Notes under the pieces: model-generated | Told to the model about the DNA's origin: nothing | The model's database searches: none | What the model saw: the letters and a program-made list of their open reading frames with translations, nothing else | Virus record (IMG/VR): IMGVR_UViG_3300032053_000043 | Coordinates: 1-64,000 of that record | DNA: 64,000 nucleotides | Strand: one strand, 5' to 3' | DNA from: a virus | Position numbers and translations under genes: made by a program | Shown: positions 1-7,382 of the stretch, in pieces | How the letters are laid out: the number at the start of each line of letters is the position of its first letter | Numbering within the stretch: position 1 is the stretch's first letter

Positions 1-170
1 TGAACCACGGCTTTCACGACCGCTTCCGCTTCGTGTATACCCCCGTCCCGGTGAACGGGCATCGGCCGCGGCGCTGGCACAGGGCCGCGCTGTGGCTGCT
101 GACTGGCTGGCGACTCACGGTGCTGCTGTGCGTGGCGGCGCCTGCCGTCACCTGGCTGCTGATTCGGTGA
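1..170 (+). CDS. Partial small membrane protein
   Basis: Frame NHGFHDRFRF...LLCVAAPAVTWLLIR ends at TGA 168-170, just before rusA; 5' end at the window edge. Confidence 0.35.
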   Translation, partial: NHGFHDRFRFVYTPVPVNGHRPRRWHRAALWLLTGWRLTVLLCVAAPAVTWLLIR

Positions 171-175
171 CACAG

Positions 176-586
176 ATGCTCTCTTTCATTGTCTATGGCC
201 GGCCCCAACCGCAAGGCTCGACGCGGGCCTTTCTGCCGAAGGGGACCACGCGGCCAGTCATCACTTCTGACAATAAGAGACTCAAGCCATGGCGCCAGGA
301 GATCGCGGGGATGGCCAAGTCCCTGTTGCCTTCTACCGGGGGTCTGCTGAGAACTTCCGCCGTCCGGGTGCAGGCCGACTTCTTTTTCAAGAAACCGAAA
401 TCGGCACGCAAATCGACGAAACACAAAACCACCAAGCCAGACGTGGACAAGCTGGTAAGGGGCGTGCTCGACGGTCTCACCGGGATCGCGTTCGATGACG
501 ATTCCCAGGTGACCGAGATACTGGCCGCCAAGTTTTTCGGACTTCCCGAACGCGCCGAAATCCGAGTAAGTGAGGTCCCCGCATGA
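176..586 (+). CDS. rusA: RusA-family Holliday junction resolvase
   Basis: FIVYGRPQPQGS N-terminus and KPDVDKLVRGVLDGLTGIAFDDDSQV catalytic motif; ATG at 176 chosen as start. Confidence 0.9.
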   Translation: MLSFIVYGRPQPQGSTRAFLPKGTTRPVITSDNKRLKPWRQEIAGMAKSLLPSTGGLLRTSAVRVQADFFFKKPKSARKSTKHKTTKPDVDKLVRGVLDGLTGIAFDDDSQVTEILAAKFFGLPERAEIRVSEVPA

Positions 587-810
587 GCCAGCGTATTCTT
601 CGCGCCGAGATCATCCCCGGCCAACCCCAGCAGCCGGCCAGCAAGATCACCCGCTTGCGCATCTGTGTCTGCTGCCATGGGCGCATCGAGCCGCCGGCGC
701 CCTATATCCACATCGCGACCGGCCCGCAACCGGACATCTGCTGGACCTGTGCCAGCGACATTTGGGAGACTTTCCACCAGGAAATCTTGAAGGCCCGTGA
801 TCGCGGCTGA
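583..810 (+). CDS. Hypothetical protein (two CxxC pairs)
   Basis: ATGA overlap with rusA stop; CVCC and CWTC. Confidence 0.6.
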   Translation: MSQRILRAEIIPGQPQQPASKITRLRICVCCHGRIEPPAPYIHIATGPQPDICWTCASDIWETFHQEILKARDRG

Positions 811-932
811 ACCGGAGCGGAGCGGTCTTAACTGGCCGCGCTGAAAGGGGGGAAGTGATGTGCAACTGCGGAATAGGCGTCGTCTGTGAAGAATGCCTCA
901 AACGGAATAAGGCAGGACGGAAGGGAACGGTC

Positions 933-2348
933 ATGCCAGAAGCAAGTGAGAAGGCGAGGGAGACAGTGGAAAAGATTGTTGACTACATCCGCACCAACGA
1001 GGCGTGGAACCCCGTGTATTGGTGGGAGTGGCAGCCGGAAATTGCCGCAATCATCGACGCAGAGTTCCCCAACACCCTCAGCCAACTGTCTGCGCTATAC
1101 AGCGATCACGCTGCATGGAGCCAGGTCACGTTTGGCACTGACACAGAACGCGGTCCCCTTGGACCGTTAAAGCATCTCGAAAAGGAGGCGAGAGAAGCGC
1201 AACAGGAGCCGTTCAACGCCTACGAACACGCTGACTGTTTGCTTTTGGTGCTCGACGCCTCACGGCGGTCGGGGTTGACGTTGCAGGCATTGATCCATGC
1301 GGCGGAACAAAAGTTGGCCGTGAACAAGCGGCGGGAATGGCCGAAGGGACAGGAATCTGACGATATGGTACAGCACACTGGGCCGTCGTCCGACACCACC
1401 GAGCAGGTGCGGAAACTGCGGGAGGCGCTGGAACCATTTGCTACCTTCGCAGAAAACTATGTTGATCCTGAAGGGTGGAACGATGTTGGGATTGGTACGT
1501 CACATGAACGTATCGTAGATTGGTTTGGACCATCCGACTTTCGGCAAGCCCGCACCGCCTTGGCCGGGAGCGAAGTGGAGAAGGACAACGTAAAGGGGAA
1601 AGGGTCCATTCCACTCGTTGAGTGGCATAGCCATGTACCGGCGTGCCCCTTTCGCAAGACCTACGGTGCTGAACGTTGTGCTTGCAAGATTACCATTGAG
1701 GAGACCCGCTCGACCAGTTCGCCTATAACTTCACCTGGTTATCCGCTTGGAACTCCCGGTGAAGTACCACCGCCACCACCCACTCCGGCTGAGATTGCGC
1801 GGGAGATTGTTGATCCATTCCATCACGGCAACTTCAGTTCGACTGGAGACCGTGTAGTGCGTGAAATCACCGCCGCCATCCAGTCGGAGCGGGATGGGCA
1901 GGCGAAGCGTATTCTGGCAGCGGTGGAAGTATCGAAGGAGGCTTCTGATGAATGGGAGGTGGTACTACAGAAACGCATCGAGGAACTGAAGAGGCAGTTG
2001 GCTACAGAGACAACAGCCTATGAAGGAATTGCTGAAAAGTACGTGAAGATCATGGACGATCTGTCCCCCTCATCCTGCGGCGTCAAGGGCCATTGCAAGG
2101 TGGATTTAGGTAAGGAGAGGCGGTTGAGTGAGAGGCGCGTCGTGGCACACATCTGTACTCCGTACAGCGGTGACTGTGTCAAGTTCCATCCTGGTCGGGT
2201 TGGTAATCAACGGACTTGGAGGAGTGATAAGCCAGGCAATTCGCGGATTCACGTGAACCGTCGCGTCACCAACTCCGGCGGTTACTGCGTGAGATGCATG
2301 GAGATCAACTGGGCCGTCACCGACGCGCTCGAAGCGGCTGTGGTGTGA
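933..2348 (+). CDS. Mosaic Ea22-like protein with DUF550 / MazG-like dATP/dGTP pyrophosphohydrolase domain; premature TGA, homology continues to 2453
   Basis: HAAWSQVTFG...GPLGPLKHLEKEAREA...EHADCLLLVLDASRRSG...KLAVNKRREWP; shares blocks with 61740-63449; start could be 855. Confidence 0.75.
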   Translation: MPEASEKARETVEKIVDYIRTNEAWNPVYWWEWQPEIAAIIDAEFPNTLSQLSALYSDHAAWSQVTFGTDTERGPLGPLKHLEKEAREAQQEPFNAYEHADCLLLVLDASRRSGLTLQALIHAAEQKLAVNKRREWPKGQESDDMVQHTGPSSDTTEQVRKLREALEPFATFAENYVDPEGWNDVGIGTSHERIVDWFGPSDFRQARTALAGSEVEKDNVKGKGSIPLVEWHSHVPACPFRKTYGAERCACKITIEETRSTSSPITSPGYPLGTPGEVPPPPPTPAEIAREIVDPFHHGNFSSTGDRVVREITAAIQSERDGQAKRILAAVEVSKEASDEWEVVLQKRIEELKRQLATETTAYEGIAEKYVKIMDDLSPSSCGVKGHCKVDLGKERRLSERRVVAHICTPYSGDCVKFHPGRVGNQRTWRSDKPGNSRIHVNRRVTNSGGYCVRCMEINWAVTDALEAAVV

Positions 2349-2449
2349 TTTGAGTTCGTGGCACTTGAATACTGTAAACGGTGGAAAGTCATGCCATCGC
2401 AGTTCACAGACAGGGCAACAACCGCCATTCGCGGGAAGGAGGAGGGCAA

Positions 2450-2665
2450 ATGAAAACTCCAAGGTCCAAAGTCGAAAGTCCAAGGGCGCTGACCAACGGT
2501 GAACTCGCCACGTTGATCGACGCCCTGCGAATGGCGGCCAGCGATGCCATGCGCCACATCATGGCGGTCGGTCCCTGGGACTTGATGTTCGGCACCTGGC
2601 ACGGCGCACGAAAGCGCTACCTCGCCCTGCGCCGCAAATTGCTGGCCTGGGAGCGTGCCGCGTGA
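2450..2665 (+). CDS. Hypothetical protein
   Basis: GGAGGAGG RBS, ATG 2450, coupled to the next gene. Confidence 0.6.
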   Translation: MKTPRSKVESPRALTNGELATLIDALRMAASDAMRHIMAVGPWDLMFGTWHGARKRYLALRRKLLAWERAA

Positions 2666-2916
2666 AATCCGCGACCTGTCCCGGCGGAGCCTGGATCCGA
2701 AATCTGCAATCCGCAATCGACTGGCTCTTCGGCTGCCCGCACCCGCGCGAGAGCTTCCCACAGCGCCGGCGCGACCGCCGCAGGCGCATCCAGCACCATC
2801 GCCCGAGTTACCGCGTCTGCCTGGGCTGCGGGCGCGAGCGCGACTATACCCTGCTCGACGCTCCGCAGCCTACAGCCTACGGCCCACGGCCCACAGCCAT
2901 CTTGGAGGTCCGATGA
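2662..2916 (+). CDS. Hypothetical protein (Cys/His motifs)
   Basis: GTGA/ATGA overlaps; WLFGCPH...SFP...YRVCLGCGRE. Confidence 0.6.
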   Translation: MKSATCPGGAWIRNLQSAIDWLFGCPHPRESFPQRRRDRRRRIQHHRPSYRVCLGCGRERDYTLLDAPQPTAYGPRPTAILEVR

Positions 2917-3428
2917 AAACCAAACCACTAGCCGATCTCGACGCCGTCAACAACGCACTCCGCCGGAAGTTGTTGGCCGAGGTGGCCATCGAAGCCATCG
3001 AGGGCCAGCTGGAGCTGGCCATCACGCCGCTCGAGGCTGCGGCCCACGACGAGGCGGCGCCCCACCGCGAGAAGATCGAGGGACTCGATGCCGCCATGCA
3101 CCTCTTCTGGGAGGCGCACCGCGACGGCCCGATAAAAAGCATCCCGCTGACTTTCGGCGTCATTGGGGAACGCAAGGCGCCCGAGAAAACCAGCCTGCGC
3201 AAGGGCTGGAAGATGTCCACCATCGTCGGGTTGATCCAGGGGCTCGGCGATTGGTGGTACGGAAAATTCGTGCGCCAGCCGGAGCCGGAGGTCAACAAAG
3301 AAGCCGTGCTGATGGCCAGCGACGACGAGCTGGAAAAGCTGCGCGCCTGCGGCGTTTCCATCGACCCCGGTGAGCCGGAGTTTTACGCCAAAACGGATCG
3401 CACCACGCTGGCCTCGGCCATGACCTAG
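2913..3428 (+). CDS. gam: Mu Gam-like host-nuclease inhibitor
   Basis: Helical N-terminus followed by KSIPLTFGVIGERK...FVRQPEPEVNKEAVL...EFY, typical of Phage_Mu_Gam; GGAGG RBS. Confidence 0.8.
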   Translation: MKTKPLADLDAVNNALRRKLLAEVAIEAIEGQLELAITPLEAAAHDEAAPHREKIEGLDAAMHLFWEAHRDGPIKSIPLTFGVIGERKAPEKTSLRKGWKMSTIVGLIQGLGDWWYGKFVRQPEPEVNKEAVLMASDDELEKLRACGVSIDPGEPEFYAKTDRTTLASAMT

Positions 3429-3685
3429 CCGCCCGCGTGAAGTAGGGGGCGCCCCTATGCGGGCGCCCGGTCCCAGGCCCCACAGTGAGAGAGGAGAAAG
3501 CAAATGCGAACATTGATTCTGCCGATCGTTTTCGCGGCCACTGCCCTGGCACAGTACGCCGCGCGGAGGGCCGCATGCCGATGAAGGCGGAAGGCGGAAG
3601 GCGGAAGGCAGTAGGTGCCGCTGGAGGCCTCACGAGTAGCGCCATCGGAGACAGGAGAGTAAGTCGCACGCGCAAAGATCGTGCC

Positions 3686-4033
3686 ATGGCGCGACGGATG
3701 CGTGACGGCCAGTGGGATTTCGCCGAACGGGTAGCAGCAACCGGGACAGTCTGGTTCAGCCCCTGGGACAAGGAAAGGCGAACCGAGTTGGCGGATGAGC
3801 TTCGCTGTTGTCTGATCTCGGGTGTGGAGATGCTCTACTGGCTGGACCAGCACCCTGAATGGTGGGAGATCGGCGAGTGGGATCACTCCAGACAGGCGCG
3901 CCCTATCAGGCTGACCGCCGCCGGTCGTGCGGCGCTGGTTGATCGCGCGAAATACGACATGGAGCCGGTCTACTGGGGATTGGTGGAACCGGGACGGCAG
4001 ACCATCCCAGCGGCACGCCGAAGGGCAAAATGA
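3686..4033 (+). CDS. Hypothetical protein
   Basis: ORF with Trp-rich globular composition; start uncertain. Confidence 0.55.
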   Translation: MARRMRDGQWDFAERVAATGTVWFSPWDKERRTELADELRCCLISGVEMLYWLDQHPEWWEIGEWDHSRQARPIRLTAAGRAALVDRAKYDMEPVYWGLVEPGRQTIPAARRRAK

Positions 4034-4120
4034 ACAAGCCCAGAGACAGCATGATCGAGGGCAAACCGCCGGCCAAAAACGGCGACAACAAGAACGGCAA
4101 ATGGAAGAGCGGAACAGCCG

Positions 4121-4360
4121 ATGGATCTTAACCGTCTGCGCGAACTATTGGCCAACACGGAACTCGCCTACGATCTAATGGACGAACTGTACGCCGAAGA
4201 GGCTACGGAATTGCGAGACGGATGGTGGCGATACGAAGATTCCGCACTGCCGCGCATTGACCGAGAATTAGGGCACCTCAAAGAACTTCTGCGGCAAAAG
4301 GAACAACAACTTCGGCTGGACGGCCGGCAGCACACCGAATTGCCGTGGAGGAAAGCATGA
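4121..4360 (+). CDS. Hypothetical protein
   Basis: ORF track; ATGA coupling downstream. Confidence 0.55.
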   Translation: MDLNRLRELLANTELAYDLMDELYAEEATELRDGWWRYEDSALPRIDRELGHLKELLRQKEQQLRLDGRQHTELPWRKA

Positions 4361-4497
4361 GCGAGCCACTGACGCAGGCCGATTACGACCGTCAGGAGAA
4401 CGAACGCGAGGCCCGCGAGATTCGCAACCAGCCGGCACCCGTTGACGACCTGGGCGAGTATACCCCGGAGTTGGACCAGAGCAAGGGAAGCGGGTAA
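4357..4497 (+). CDS. Small acidic hypothetical protein (46 aa)
   Basis: GGAGG RBS; MSEPLTQADYDRQENERE...VDDLGEYTPELDQSKGSG; stop abuts the MTase start. Confidence 0.55.
   Translation: MSEPLTQADYDRQENEREAREIRNQPAPVDDLGEYTPELDQSKGSG
4441..4488 (+). repeat. Imperfect 48-bp direct repeat, copy 1 (copy 2 at 5752-5799), flanking the methyltransferase
   Basis: gttgacgac...gagta.accccggagttggacc.....aaggga; 38/48 identical. Confidence 0.85.
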
Positions 4498-5808
4498 GTG
4501 CCGGCCTATTACAACGAAAACGATCCCTTCGCGGCTGCCTGGCTGCCGGAACTGATGAAGGCGGGAGTGATTGCCCATGGTGAAGTCGATGAACGCGACA
4601 TCCGAGAAGTGCAACCCGAAGACGTGCGCGGGTTCGCCCAATGCCATTTCTTCGCCGGCATTGGGGTCTGGAATTACGCTCTTCGCCGAGCCGGATGGTC
4701 AGACGATACTCCCGTTTGGACAGGGAGTTGCCCATGCCCGCCGTTCTCCGTCGCTGGGAAGAAGAAGGCATGTCCAGCGTGCAAAGGCCGAAACCCTGTG
4801 CCGCATGTTGGACGAACTGGCTTCTTCGTATGCTGCGTATGCGGCCACGAATGGTTTGCCGATGCCCGCCATCTATGGCCGGAAATGTGGCGACTTATCC
4901 GCGACGGACGACCGCGATGTTTCTGCGGAGAGCAGGTTGCGGGAAGTGACGGCGAAACTTGGCTCGCGGCTGTTCGTGCTTCGTTGGAAATACTCGGATA
5001 TGACATTAGGGCCGCGAGTCTTAACGCTGCGGGCCTCGGGGCGCCGCAGATCCGGCAGCGGCTATACTTCCTGGCCGACACCGCAGGTCAGCGAAGCAAC
5101 CAGGGGCGGGCAAGCCAAACGGGCAGGCGGACGGAAACAAAACCTCAACGATTTCGCGATGCTGGCGAGTTGGCCGACGCCGCAGAGCCACGACGAACGG
5201 GAGCGCGGGAACGTGATGGCGGACCATCATCACTTCCCCCACGACCTGAGCAATGCGGCGAAGATGGCGAGTTGGCCGACGCCGCATACGCCGGACGGCG
5301 GGCGCATTCGGAAATCGCAACCGCATGGGAGCAAACGGCAGGCAGACATCGAGACCGTGGCGAGTTGGGCCACGCCGCGATCGGTCGAGGCGGGACACTC
5401 AACGGGCAATCCGGATCGAGCAGAAGACAGAAAATCGAGATTGGAAGACCAGGTCTTTCTGGCGACTGGTTGGGCCACGCCGAGATCAACGGACGGCGAG
5501 AAGCGTGGGCCGAATCAGCACGGCAGCAAGGGCGATCTGATGCTGCCGAGCCAGGCTTCACTAACGGCTTCTGGGCCGACGCCGAATGGCTCCACTGCCG
5601 CCCCGAGCCAGGATACCCCGACGGCCGCTGGCGGGCAGTTGAACCCGGCACATTCCCGCTGGTTGCAGGGGCTCCCGCCCGAGTGGGACGCCTGCGCGGC
5701 TACGGTAACTCTCTCACGGCGCCGGTCGCGCAAGCCTTCATAGAGGCATATGTTGACGACTGCGGTGAGTACACCCCGGAGTTGGACCGAGAAAAGGGAC
5801 CCGAGTAG
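4498..5808 (+). CDS. Phage DNA (cytosine-5) methyltransferase, main (alpha) frame, with zinc-ribbon insertion
   Basis: Motifs HFFAGIG (I), GSCPCPPFS (IV), GEQV (VI), APQIRQRLYF (VIII), RLRGYGNS (X). Confidence 0.9.
   Translation: MPAYYNENDPFAAAWLPELMKAGVIAHGEVDERDIREVQPEDVRGFAQCHFFAGIGVWNYALRRAGWSDDTPVWTGSCPCPPFSVAGKKKACPACKGRNPVPHVGRTGFFVCCVCGHEWFADARHLWPEMWRLIRDGRPRCFCGEQVAGSDGETWLAAVRASLEILGYDIRAASLNAAGLGAPQIRQRLYFLADTAGQRSNQGRASQTGRRTETKPQRFRDAGELADAAEPRRTGARERDGGPSSLPPRPEQCGEDGELADAAYAGRRAHSEIATAWEQTAGRHRDRGELGHAAIGRGGTLNGQSGSSRRQKIEIGRPGLSGDWLGHAEINGRREAWAESARQQGRSDAAEPGFTNGFWADAEWLHCRPEPGYPDGRWRAVEPGTFPLVAGAPARVGRLRGYGNSLTAPVAQAFIEAYVDDCGEYTPELDREKGPE
4571..5743 (+). CDS. Overlapping alternative-frame polypeptide (MTase beta-like subunit with WPTP repeats and motif IX-like segment)
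   Basis: 390 codons open in a shifted frame inside the MTase gene; five W(P/A)TP repeats and GQLNPAHSRWLQGLPPEW; start uncertain. Confidence 0.7.
   Translation: MPMVKSMNATSEKCNPKTCAGSPNAISSPALGSGITLFAEPDGQTILPFGQGVAHARRSPSLGRRRHVQRAKAETLCRMLDELASSYAAYAATNGLPMPAIYGRKCGDLSATDDRDVSAESRLREVTAKLGSRLFVLRWKYSDMTLGPRVLTLRASGRRRSGSGYTSWPTPQVSEATRGGQAKRAGGRKQNLNDFAMLASWPTPQSHDERERGNVMADHHHFPHDLSNAAKMASWPTPHTPDGGRIRKSQPHGSKRQADIETVASWATPRSVEAGHSTGNPDRAEDRKSRLEDQVFLATGWATPRSTDGEKRGPNQHGSKGDLMLPSQASLTASGPTPNGSTAAPSQDTPTAAGGQLNPAHSRWLQGLPPEWDACAATVTLSRRRSRKPS
5752..5799 (+). repeat. Imperfect 48-bp direct repeat, copy 2
   Basis: Matches 4441-4488; encodes VDDCGEYTPELDREKG. Confidence 0.85.
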
Positions 5809-5840
5809 CACCTAAATCACACGAAAAGGAGAGTAACACG

Positions 5841-6071
5841 ATGGCGCAGAAAGACACAGTGAAAACGGTTAGCGACATGATGCGCGAACTTCAGGCCGAG
5901 ATCGAGGCCGTCAAGAACGGCAAACTCGATGAATCCAAGGCGCGCGTCGTGGCCCGGTTTCGCGGCCTGCAACTGAAGACCGCGGAACTCAACCTGCAAT
6001 TCCAGCGGCTCACCAAGGGGCGGTTGCCCCAAACGGAGATGCCGCTGTTGCAGGCGCCGAAAGCAGCGTAG
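5841..6071 (+). CDS. Small helical hypothetical phage protein; its stop codon overlaps the first array delimiter
   Basis: AAGGAG RBS; 76 aa; TAG 6069-6071. Confidence 0.7.
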   Translation: MAQKDTVKTVSDMMRELQAEIEAVKNGKLDESKARVVARFRGLQLKTAELNLQFQRLTKGRLPQTEMPLLQAPKAA

Positions 6072-6552
6072 CGGCATTATTCGATGCCACGCGATGTGAC
6101 CGGACAAAGCGGCAGGACTAGACTCTATGGCGCAACATGCGACCGAGCGGCGCGACTCTACACGACCAGACTGCACGCAGCGGCTAGACCGCACCGGGTT
6201 GCACATGACCGGACTGGATACCACATAGCGGCTCGATGTGACTAGACAATATGTTACTTTACGGAGCGGCTAGATCGTACACCATGTTATTGGACAAAGC
6301 GGCCCGACAGGGCATGGCCCAACGATACTTAGCGGCACGGCGTGACTGAATCGAACGCAATGGAACGAGACTAACTCGAACGCAGCGGCCCGACAGTAAC
6401 AGTATATGACGAGACACAGCGGCGGGACAGCGTAGCACCGCATGGCATGCGATCCCACCCGACTCAGCGGCACGGTTAGATCGTACTGAACATGATTCCG
6501 CCACACGTAGCGGCTCTGCCGCACTCCGCCAGATTGAACGAGACGTAGCGGC
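6070..6552 (+). ncRNA. Pentamer-periodic guide-like RNA array: 13 AGCGGC delimiters and 12 units of (NN-NRY)n-NN (putative VIPR-like guide array)
   Basis: AGCGGC at 6070, 6108, 6146, 6179, 6227, 6265, 6298, 6331, 6384, 6418, 6466, 6509, 6547; unit lengths 32,32,27,42,32,27,27,47,28,42,37,32; 76/76 pentamers end in Y and 75/76 have R at position 4; no + strand ORF in the track. Confidence 0.85.
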
Positions 6553-6576
6553 CCCACACAACGAAAGGAGACAGAC

Positions 6577-7326
6577 GTGAACTATACAAAAGAGCAACTC
6601 ACCGAAGCGTACATTGCGCGCACGGCGGTTATTACCGCCCAATGCGCCTTTTCAACCGACCTGGTAGGCGGACAACCGGCCGATGAATCCGGAGTCGCCG
6701 CCTACGTGAAGCACCACCTGAAACTCGAAGGTGACGAAGCAACAGCGGCCGTCAAGCGCATTATGGCCGAAGAAATTGGAGAACGCGAGACCACCCCGGA
6801 AACCGGCGAACTGGAAGCCAAACTCAGTTACGGGATCAACGTCATCCGGCGCACCGAACACGGCCCCTGGATTGGGAACTGGATGGTCAAAGCCTGCTTC
6901 AAGCAGGCGGCCTCCCGGCTGCGCATCTTCAAGGAGATCATCGGCACCAAGGGCGACATGGCCGAAGCCGGCCAGGTATCCGCGGTCGGCATCAGCTTGG
7001 TCGAGGCGGATCACCCTGAGCGCATCTATCTGCGCGCCGCGAAACAGGACAAGCCCGCCTCGACCTACTGGCGGAAATTCATGGGACGCGTGCAGACCCC
7101 GCGCGGCGAGAAATCCATCATCCACGATTCGGAATGCGCCGATGCCGGGAGCCGGTTCGCCTTCCAGTACCGACTACTGCCGGGAAAACTGAAAGAAGAC
7201 GATCTGCGCGACATCTGCGCCTGCGCCATGATCGTCGGGCTCGGCAGCGCCAAGGCCCTGGAATGCGGGAAGTTTTCCATGCCCGCGGGATGCACCATCA
7301 ACTTTCCGAACGGGAAGAAAGCCTAA
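6577..7326 (+). CDS. Stand-alone RAMP superfamily (Cas7/Csm3-like) RNA-binding protein; putative Vipr-like effector
   Basis: RAMP motifs in order: AVITAQCAFSTDLVGG, PWIGNWMVKACFKQAA, SECADAGSRFAFQYRL, C-terminal glycine-rich loop GLGSAKALECGKF; AAGGAG RBS and GTG start 24 nt after the array. Confidence 0.8.
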   Translation: MNYTKEQLTEAYIARTAVITAQCAFSTDLVGGQPADESGVAAYVKHHLKLEGDEATAAVKRIMAEEIGERETTPETGELEAKLSYGINVIRRTEHGPWIGNWMVKACFKQAASRLRIFKEIIGTKGDMAEAGQVSAVGISLVEADHPERIYLRAAKQDKPASTYWRKFMGRVQTPRGEKSIIHDSECADAGSRFAFQYRLLPGKLKEDDLRDICACAMIVGLGSAKALECGKFSMPAGCTINFPNGKKA

Positions 7327-7382
7327 CAATGACAAATCCGAAAAACCACCCTCTCCTCTCTTTCATTGAGGAGGATACCACC

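Noticed and set aside
6070-6552. Canonical CRISPR array
   Set aside because: The repeat is only 6 nt, the units have internal 5-nt periodicity and quantised lengths, and no adaptation or processing cas genes are present. Reported instead as a distinct array type
6259-6642. Minus-strand ORFs across the array (5817-6224, 6259-6642, 6270-6557)
   Set aside because: Cys/Arg/Ser-biased translations of the repeat, antisense to the operon; 5-nt periodicity is not what a coding sequence would produce
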